Below are positions 25,627 through 32,000 of a stretch of DNA of 32,000 nt, piece after piece. Made by a program: the position numbers and the translations under genes. The notes beneath the pieces were generated by a model. The model was not told the origin of the DNA. It did not search any database and was given only the letters and a program-made list of their open reading frames with translations. Each line of letters opens with the position of its first letter. The stretch's first letter is position 1. Origin of the DNA: Candidatus Saganbacteria bacterium (GTDB lineage Bacteria > Margulisbacteria > WOR-1 > JAKLHX01); assembly GCA_026387835.1 (NCBI GenBank), contig JAPLKZ010000010.1, positions 90,001 through 122,000 of the forward strand. The letters run 5' to 3'.

Positions 25627-26612
25627 TATAAACTTCCCATTATCTTCATCATCGGAGAGAACATCTGTATCACCACAAAGCCGACGACCGCTCCTACCAG
25701 TACTGTCGACAACGGTTCGACGAGCAGGGTAGCGGCTTTTATGTTCTCGTGCGCCTCTTCTTCAAGGATGTCGGCGGATCCTTCTAAAACATCTTCAAGG
25801 CAGGCGGATTCCTGCGCGGCAGCAAGGATCCTTGTCATATCGCTGTCAAAACACTTTTCGCCCCTGAAAGCATCCGACGGCGTGCAGCCGGACGATATTT
25901 TTTCGGCTACTTTTTGGAGCGCGCTTTTATATGTGACCGGCTTTACGGATTTTTCGGCATGCCCGAGCGCTTCCAGGAACGGCATCCCGGACCTCAGAAG
26001 CATGGAAATGTTCCTGCAGATCATGGAAGTCTCCAGTTTTGCCGCGATCTTCCCGAAGAAAGGGATATTATATTTAACGAATTCCAACTCCCTGCGGAAC
26101 ATCCCTTTGCTGGTGCAGAATGACAACACCGATATCGCAAAGATAATGACAATTCCGATCAGAGGCGTCATCTTTGAGATATTGCTCATGACTGCCAGCG
26201 ATCTTGGCGGCGGCATCCCGAAAGAAATAAATATCTCGTTCATTTTGGGGATGCCTACAACTATGAAACCTATAAGCGTCATAAGGCTTGCCGAAAGTAC
26301 TATCAGCGGATAAGCTAATGCTTTTGTCAGTTTGCTTCTAAATTCTTTTTTTCTTTCGAGGATCTGCGCGGCTTTCAGGAACATTGTGTCCAGCTCCCCT
26401 GTCCTCTCTCCTATTCTGACCAGGTCAATTACATCCCGGGAAAAGTACTGCTCTATCGAATCTGAGACGGCCTTTCCGTCCATTATCATCTCTGCCGCTT
26501 TTTCCGGAATATCGGCGATACCAAGAGCCTTTGCGAGCGGCACGCCTCCCTTGATAAGCCGCGACATCTGCCTGCATATCTTGATCTGTTCTTTTATGGA
26601 TAATTGTTTCAT
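25626..26612 (-). CDS. PilC/GspF-like platform protein (second copy)
   Basis: Two T2SF-like repeats: CRQMSRLIKGGVPLAKAL...IGERTGELDTM and CRNISMLLRSGMPFLEAL...; TMs at LIVLSASLMTLIGFIVV and the C-terminus. Confidence 0.85.
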   Translation of the reverse strand: MKQLSIKEQIKICRQMSRLIKGGVPLAKALGIADIPEKAAEMIMDGKAVSDSIEQYFSRDVIDLVRIGERTGELDTMFLKAAQILERKKEFRSKLTKALAYPLIVLSASLMTLIGFIVVGIPKMNEIFISFGMPPPRSLAVMSNISKMTPLIGIVIIFAISVLSFCTSKGMFRRELEFVKYNIPFFGKIAAKLETSMICRNISMLLRSGMPFLEALGHAEKSVKPVTYKSALQKVAEKISSGCTPSDAFRGEKCFDSDMTRILAAAQESACLEDVLEGSADILEEEAHENIKAATLLVEPLSTVLVGAVVGFVVIQMFSPMMKIMGSL

Positions 26613-27377
26613 TTAGGAAAGTTTAAAAAACGCCTCGGCGTTTCTTGAAGTTCTTTCGGCTATAATTTCGACCGGGATATTTTTTATTTCGGCCAGTTTT
26701 TCCGCAACGGACCGGACATAAGACGGCTCGTTCCTTTTTCCCCGCATCGCCTGCGGCGCAAGATACGGACAGTCGGTCTCGAGCATGATACTCTCAAGCG
26801 GCACATATCCGGCCACTGTCCGCACATTGTGAGCGTTCTTGAACGTTATCACCGCGGTGAAAGATACCATTAACCCCATTTCCAGGACCTTTGCGGCAAA
26901 CTCCCTGTCTGAAGAAAAACAGTGGAATACACCTTTGATCCTGCCCTGGCCGTGTTCTTTTATGATCTCGATCATGTCGCCGTCCGCGTCCCTGCCGTGG
27001 AAGATAAGCGGGAGACCGAGCTCTTTTGCCAGCTCGATATGTCGGGCAAAAGCTTTTTTCTGAACTTCTTTAGGTACCGGGTTCTCAAAATAATCAAGCC
27101 CCGTCTCTCCTATAGCCACGACTTTATTATTTGCGGCAAGCTCTCTTAATCCGTTTATAGACGCGTCATCGACAAAGTCCGCGTGATGAGGATGTATCCC
27201 CACCGAGGCAAAGATCATGTCATGCTCTTTTGCCAGACTAACACTTTTTTTTGACGATTCGAGATCAAAGGAAGCATTTATTATTTTAGTGACGCCGTTG
27301 TCCTTTGCTCTCTTCAGGACTTCAGGGAGGTCGGTAAATTCATCCATCGTAAGATGCGCGTGAGTGTCGATATACAT
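26613..27377 (-). CDS. tatD: TatD family metal-dependent DNase
   Basis: IDTHAHLT, GIHPHHAD, GETGLDYF, LIFHGRDADGD, GVFHCFSSD, LETDCPYLAP motifs. Confidence 0.93.
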   Translation of the reverse strand: MYIDTHAHLTMDEFTDLPEVLKRAKDNGVTKIINASFDLESSKKSVSLAKEHDMIFASVGIHPHHADFVDDASINGLRELAANNKVVAIGETGLDYFENPVPKEVQKKAFARHIELAKELGLPLIFHGRDADGDMIEIIKEHGQGRIKGVFHCFSSDREFAAKVLEMGLMVSFTAVITFKNAHNVRTVAGYVPLESIMLETDCPYLAPQAMRGKRNEPSYVRSVAEKLAEIKNIPVEIIAERTSRNAEAFFKLS

Positions 27378-27388
27378 ATGCTTTGGGA

Positions 27389-28888
27389 TTAGTCCTGTTT
27401 TTCGATCCTGGGAAAAAGCGGTTTTCCTTTATTGATCTTTTCTGAACCCGGTTCAAGGCCAAGCTGTTTTTTCATTTCCACGCAGGTTGAGGGCATGAAA
27501 GGCGCTATCAGGTCGGATACCACCTTCAAGACCTCGAACAGATTGCCGAGGACTGTTGAGAGCTCTTCTTTTTTACCGTTCTTTGCAAGAGACCAGGGAG
27601 CCTGTTTCTCAATATAATTGTTTGAAAGACTTATCAGGTCGAATATACACGACAGCGCCTCGGTCAAAGCGATCTTGTCCATGCATATTGCATATTTTCT
27701 CGGCGTGTCTTTGATTAGCTCTGTCATCTCCCTGTCCAGACCGTTCATTTTATCGTTTTTTTGAGAAGGGACTTTCCCGTCAAAATATTTCTCTATCATT
27801 GTCAGCGTCCTGCTCAAAAGATTGCCAAGATCGTTCGCGAGATCGGCATTATAGCGTTTTATCAGATTTTCCCTTGAATAATCGCCGTCAACTCCGAAAG
27901 GCACTTCCCTTATCAGAAAATATCTCACGCCGTCAAGGCCGAATTCCTGTGACAGGGCTATCGGATCGACAACGTTGCCTTTTGATTTGCTCATCTTGCC
28001 GCCCTCGACCGTCCACCAGCCGTGTCCGAATACTTTTTCAGGCAACGGCAGGTCCAGAGCCATCAGCATCGCCGGCCAGATGACGGCATGGAATCTCACG
28101 ATCTCTTTTCCCATGAGATGAAGGTCCGCGGGCCATAGTTTTTTGAATCTTTCTTCGTCCCATGTATAGCCTATGGCGGAAATATAGTTTATCAGCGCGT
28201 CGAACCACACATATATGACATGCTTAGGGTCAAATGGCACCGTGACACCCCACGAAAAATTGGTCCTGCTCACATTGATGTCCTTGAGCCCGCTCTCGAT
28301 GAAACGCATGACCTCGTTCCTTCTTGACTGAGGGCAGATAAAGTCGCTGTGGCTTTCAATATATTTGAGCAGCCCGTCCTGATATTTTGACAGTTTGAAG
28401 AAGTAGGCTTCTTCTTTCGTATTTTTCACGGGTCTTCCGCAATCCGGACAGTTTTCTTTTCCGTCAAGCTGGAAAGCCGTCCAGTACGATTCGCACTGAG
28501 CGCAATACCACCCTTCGTACTCGCTTAAATATATATCGCCTTTTTCATGAAGTTTCTCGAATATCTTCTGCACGGTCTCCTCGTGACGGCTGTCCGTGGT
28601 CCTGATAAAACCGTCGTAAGTTATGCCCAGTTTTTTCCACGCTTCGATGAACTTTTGTGCCATTATGTCCACATGCTCTTTCGGCGACCTGCCCGCTTCT
28701 GCTGCTGCCTGAGCAATTTTCATGCCATGTTCGTCGGTCCCGGTCAAAAAGAACACCTTATATCCCTGGCTTCTCTTCCATCTCGCAAGTACATCCGCAG
28801 CAATTTGAGTATAACTATGCCCGATATGGGGCACATCATTCACGTAATAAACGGGTGTTGTAATGTAGTATTTAGACTTCATATTCAA
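27389..28888 (-). CDS. metG: Methionyl-tRNA synthetase
   Basis: TTPVYYVNDVPHIGHSYTQIAADVLAR, FLTGTDEHG, zinc knuckle CAQCESYW...CPDCGRP, KMSKSKGNVVDP. The track start is TTG (28888); ATG at 28882 (MKSKYYITTPV) is more likely. Confidence 0.96.
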   Translation of the reverse strand: MNMKSKYYITTPVYYVNDVPHIGHSYTQIAADVLARWKRSQGYKVFFLTGTDEHGMKIAQAAAEAGRSPKEHVDIMAQKFIEAWKKLGITYDGFIRTTDSRHEETVQKIFEKLHEKGDIYLSEYEGWYCAQCESYWTAFQLDGKENCPDCGRPVKNTKEEAYFFKLSKYQDGLLKYIESHSDFICPQSRRNEVMRFIESGLKDINVSRTNFSWGVTVPFDPKHVIYVWFDALINYISAIGYTWDEERFKKLWPADLHLMGKEIVRFHAVIWPAMLMALDLPLPEKVFGHGWWTVEGGKMSKSKGNVVDPIALSQEFGLDGVRYFLIREVPFGVDGDYSRENLIKRYNADLANDLGNLLSRTLTMIEKYFDGKVPSQKNDKMNGLDREMTELIKDTPRKYAICMDKIALTEALSCIFDLISLSNNYIEKQAPWSLAKNGKKEELSTVLGNLFEVLKVVSDLIAPFMPSTCVEMKKQLGLEPGSEKINKGKPLFPRIEKQD

Positions 28889-28890
28889 AA

Positions 28891-28899
28891 ATTATATCA
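28891..28899 (-). promoter_or_regulatory. Extended -10 promoter element (TGATATAAT) upstream of metG
   Basis: Minus strand TG-A-TATAAT (28899-28891); 8 nt to the ATG at 28882. No good -35 at 17 nt. Confidence 0.4.
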
Positions 28900-28910
28900 C
28901 TTTTATGGGT

Positions 28911-28956
28911 GCTTGCACCGAGCGAAGGAGCAATAGCGACTGAGTCGAGGTGTCGA
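28911..28956. repeat. Candidate repetitive intergenic element upstream of metG
   Basis: GCTTGCACCGAGCGAAGGAGCAATAGCGACTGAGTCGAGGTGTCGA; GC-rich, non-coding, unlike flanking AT-rich sequence. Confidence 0.3.
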
Positions 28957-28974
28957 AAATCCCTACACTCTATC

Positions 28975-30108
28975 CTAATTTTCTACAGGGAATAATATCC
29001 TGACATGCGTCACGTTCTTCAGCGCGGTGTTCGCCCAGTCGGGAAGCTGCTTGCGCAGATCAGGATCGATCCAGAGCCGCGGCATCGGCTGCCAGCCGAT
29101 ATCATTGATCTTGACTTCTACGAGAAATCTTTTTAAAAGGTCCTCGCTCCATGTCTTTGAATCCAGGTCCATCGGCTTATATCTGGGCTGAAGATAGAGT
29201 GAAAATAACGGTGGCTGGCCTTCAAGGGTCTTTCCAAATATCGATGTCGGCCCTATAACCATCCACTGCGTCATGATCCTTGCGTTCAACATCTCCGGGC
29301 TCATCCCGTGCCTTGATGGGATTATCTGGAAACCTCCGACCCTTCCCATAGGAGATGTTGAAACATCTATCACGCCCGTATGGTTTGCCCTAATGCGGCC
29401 CACATCGGCAAATTGGGTCCCCTGAAAACGCCCGATGCCCTGTACCGGCTTTAAGACTTCTCCTATCACGCTTTCCTCGTCTCCGCCGTAGTCTATACGT
29501 ATCTTCCCTCCGAATTTATTCTCAAATATGATCGCTCTCGGGTAAGAAACAGGCCTTATGACAGAAATAATTATCGTTTGGCCTATATTAGGCACATAAC
29601 CTTCCGTGATCTCCTTTATTTCTTTAAACTCATCTATGTAGCTGACGGGATTGCCTACTATCGGCGCAAAATCCCCGCCGAATATGGAGGTGCCTGCCGG
29701 AATATTTGTATATATCGAAGAATCCGGGCTCAGGAAAGAATTATAATATTCCGGAGGGTTCAGCATATCGGCCGGTATTATCGAAAATACCACGCCTTTG
29801 CCCTCTTCGGTGTTGGTCCCCGTCCTTATATGTATAGCATTGACCGCCGTTGCCGCGACAGCTCCGACACTAGCCCATTTGCTTGCAGTGTAACCGTCCC
29901 TGTTGACCTTCTGGCACGGATACAGGACTTTTCCGACTGCTTCCCAGCTGTTGCCTCCGTCCCTGCTCACTGCAACAATGCCGTTCTGCCTGTTCTCTAC
30001 GGATATCCTGTAGATCTCCGCGGACTTCACTGTCTTCTCAGCGGCGAACGAGATATGATACAGGATCAAGATCATTAAAAACGACAGCAATAATATTTTT
30101 TTCTTCAT
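28975..30108 (-). CDS. Secreted hypothetical protein, 377 aa
   Basis: Signal peptide MKKKILLLSFLMILILYHISFAAEK; contains ISVENRQNGIVAVSRDGGNSWEAVGKVLYP. No family identified by eye. Confidence 0.85.
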   Translation of the reverse strand: MKKKILLLSFLMILILYHISFAAEKTVKSAEIYRISVENRQNGIVAVSRDGGNSWEAVGKVLYPCQKVNRDGYTASKWASVGAVAATAVNAIHIRTGTNTEEGKGVVFSIIPADMLNPPEYYNSFLSPDSSIYTNIPAGTSIFGGDFAPIVGNPVSYIDEFKEIKEITEGYVPNIGQTIIISVIRPVSYPRAIIFENKFGGKIRIDYGGDEESVIGEVLKPVQGIGRFQGTQFADVGRIRANHTGVIDVSTSPMGRVGGFQIIPSRHGMSPEMLNARIMTQWMVIGPTSIFGKTLEGQPPLFSLYLQPRYKPMDLDSKTWSEDLLKRFLVEVKINDIGWQPMPRLWIDPDLRKQLPDWANTALKNVTHVRILFPVEN

Positions 30109-30109
30109 G

Positions 30110-31402
30110 TTAGAAATATCTGAAGGCCGCTATTGCAAGTCCGGCTACCGCCAATATCCATATGTATAATATCGTCCTTTTCAGGATATCCTGGACGTTG
30201 ATGTTCAAATAATTCGCTATCCAGACGTTCTGCGTGTTAGTCGGGTCGCATACGCCCTGTATCTGGCCGACGCTCATCAGGGCCGCCATTATAGCTACGG
30301 GAGGCATGACATTTGAGGTGACCATGAGCCCGATAAGTCCCGCGCCCATTCCCCAGATATTCAACGGTCCCCTGTACAGTGTGAGCGGTGAAAGCACTGC
30401 AAAGAACAGGACATAATACAGCGGGCTTGAGGGAAGTATCTTTACCAGCACGGGGGAAAGAGATGACGTGACATTCGGGTTCATCACTGCATTGAGAAGC
30501 ATGCCGATCCCTATTATCAAAGCGACGGCAGGGCCGACAGAGTTGATCCCTTCATATATAGATCTGCTCAGGAGATTTACGCTGTCTTTCCTGAGTGTCG
30601 TCAGGAATCCGTATAAAAGCCCGATCACCATCGCTGTTATTATTGGGAATTCATAAGGATTTGCGGGTTTTGCTAAAATATTGTAGACCGAAAAGCCAAG
30701 TACAAGGACCAGAGGTATCACGGGCGTCAGGGCCGCGTACCAGGAAACGAACTTTGGTCTTTCTTCCTCAGTTTTTTCTGTCCATCCTATCGAAGTCCCG
30801 TGCCTTTTTATTTCTATGAAAAGGAACAGCACCGTGACAACAGAAAAACACAGGCCCAGAGGTATCGCGAACCTGAATATCTGGTCCTGCGAAAGCCCCA
30901 GGACGCTTATATAAAGCTGCCAGTTGATCAGGTTGAATATCCCGCCAAGGCTCATCCCGATCAGAAAGACACAACCTGTGACTATCCTGGGCAGCCCGAT
31001 CGAAAGCATTATAGGAAGCACTATCGTCGCGACCATTATCACCGAGCCAAGCCCTCCGAGGACCGAAAAAAGCACCGCCACCACCGCGGTGAGGACTATT
31101 GACACAAGAAAAGGATTGTCGCCCGATAGTTCGGCGACTTTCTTTATAAGTGTTTCCGCGATGCCGGACCTGCTCACGAACTGTGAGAGCATGGAACCGA
31201 AAATAATGACGATTATCGGTGTGCTCAGACGCGTCGCGCCGTCAGCGATCACTTTTGTCGAGACATCGGCCGGCGACAGGCCCGAGACAAAAGCTATCAG
31301 GACCGCCATCACCGGGAGTGCTATCAAGGCCGGGACTTTGTTCAGGTACATAAGGACGGCGAAAATGATGAAGATAAGGAAGATGACAGAAAAAAGTATC
31401 AT
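30110..31402 (-). CDS. GntP/CitMHS-like (ion transporter superfamily) permease
   Basis: 430 aa, ~11-12 TMs; NKVPALIALPVMAVLIAFVSGLSP, VLGGLGSVIMVATIVLPIMLSIGLPR, GQIQGVCDPTNTQNVWIANYLN. Confidence 0.7.
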   Translation of the reverse strand: MILFSVIFLIFIIFAVLMYLNKVPALIALPVMAVLIAFVSGLSPADVSTKVIADGATRLSTPIIVIIFGSMLSQFVSRSGIAETLIKKVAELSGDNPFLVSIVLTAVVAVLFSVLGGLGSVIMVATIVLPIMLSIGLPRIVTGCVFLIGMSLGGIFNLINWQLYISVLGLSQDQIFRFAIPLGLCFSVVTVLFLFIEIKRHGTSIGWTEKTEEERPKFVSWYAALTPVIPLVLVLGFSVYNILAKPANPYEFPIITAMVIGLLYGFLTTLRKDSVNLLSRSIYEGINSVGPAVALIIGIGMLLNAVMNPNVTSSLSPVLVKILPSSPLYYVLFFAVLSPLTLYRGPLNIWGMGAGLIGLMVTSNVMPPVAIMAALMSVGQIQGVCDPTNTQNVWIANYLNINVQDILKRTILYIWILAVAGLAIAAFRYF

Positions 31403-31410
31403 GATTAGAG

Positions 31411-31449
31411 ATTATAACATGATATATATTAAGTGTGAAGAATTCTTCA
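31411..31449 (-). promoter_or_regulatory. Promoter TTCACA-N17-TATAAT overlapped by perfect 14-bp palindrome TGAAGAATTCTTCA (candidate operator)
   Basis: Minus strand: palindrome 31449-31436, TTCACA sharing its TTCA end, 17-nt spacer, TATAAT (31416-31411), then 8 nt to the ATG at 31402. Confidence 0.55.
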
Positions 31450-31451
31450 AT

Positions 31452-31478
31452 AAAAAAGGCCGGACAAGCCGGCCTTTT
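31452..31478 (-). terminator. Intrinsic terminator of the right-edge gene
   Basis: AAAAGGCCGG-ACAAG-CCGGCCTTTT 10-bp perfect stem; on the minus strand followed by a T-run. Confidence 0.88.
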
Positions 31479-31498
31479 AACAAAGTTAAATTATCCCA

Positions 31499-32000
31499 TT
31501 ATTTCATTATATTCGGGGTTTCTGTCTGTATGACTTCGATCGGCGACTTATCCCCTCGCTGCAATAATGCTGTTGTGAGCCCTGTTGTTGTACTTCTCAC
31601 CATCGCCACATTTGGATTTGAATCCGGATTTGTCCCGTTCATAATAAGGTAAGGATACATCAGGTTCTGATAGAAAGCGGTCATCAGTGCCAGGTTACGG
31701 AAGTTTACGCCGTCCATTGTTGTCATGAAATTCGGCGCTCCGGCGAACGAGAATTTTGCCTGGTTCGGAAAGACACATGCCATCTTGAGCAGGTCTGACG
31801 TAAGCCCTGCATGCCCCTGCTCACTTGCCAGCAGGTCCTTTATTGATAAAGCCGTATCTTTGGGGTTAAAGCTTGTATCAAATACAAAAGCACCGTATGA
31901 AAGCGCTGATACAGCTCCGCCCAGAAGCCCGTCCGCCCCTGCATGCGCGAACGGCAGCATCTCCATGCCTGCTCCAAAAGCAAACATCCCGTTGCCGATC
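31499..32000 (-). CDS. Hypothetical protein, 5' end beyond the window
   Basis: The frame stays open beyond the track's M at 31987 to the window edge (...IGNGMFAFGAGMEMLPFAHAGADGLLGGAVSALSYGAFVFD...ETPNIMK*); terminator downstream. Confidence 0.7.
   Translation of the reverse strand, partial: IGNGMFAFGAGMEMLPFAHAGADGLLGGAVSALSYGAFVFDTSFNPKDTALSIKDLLASEQGHAGLTSDLLKMACVFPNQAKFSFAGAPNFMTTMDGVNFRNLALMTAFYQNLMYPYLIMNGTNPDSNPNVAMVRSTTTGLTTALLQRGDKSPIEVIQTETPNIMK

Noticed and set aside
30924-31652. 242-aa + strand ORF
   Set aside because: Shadow of the permease and edge gene; it spans a strong terminator hairpin and the promoter palindrome.

Overview
The 32 kb window looks like ordinary chromosomal sequence from a diderm bacterium (a secretin is present). 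No phage, transposase, CRISPR or defence module was recognised. From left to right: (1) the 5' part of a minus-strand outer-membrane PorV/UPF0164-like gene that runs off the left edge and is absent from the ORF track; (2) rpoN, an intact NtrC-type sigma-54 activator, a 111-aa unknown protein, and a second NtrC-like protein whose AAA+ motifs are degenerate; (3) tRNA-Leu(UAA), an FtsB/DivIC-like gene and an O-antigen-ligase/Wzy-like protein with TPRs; (4) a complete type IV pilus locus: prepilin peptidase, PilB, PilC, PilT, two GspG/PilA-like pilins, three minor-pilin/PilX-like proteins, an apparent PilM-PilN fusion, PilO with a possible PilP-like tail, and a secretin; (5) a five-gene Opp/Dpp ABC transporter; (6) an orphan prepilin plus PilC/GspF paralogue, tatD and metG; (7) a secreted unknown, a GntP/CitMHS-like permease, and an unknown protein cut by the right edge. 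The most interesting observations are the motif-dead sigma-54 activator paralogue beside the intact one, the fused pilus alignment-complex genes, several strong promoters placed so close to start codons that leaderless mRNAs are implied, a perfect 14-bp palindrome overlapping a promoter, and a 14-nt-periodic AATGACTAAT inverted-repeat cluster between convergent genes. I found no convincing wholly new system. All family assignments come from reading motifs, not from database searches.
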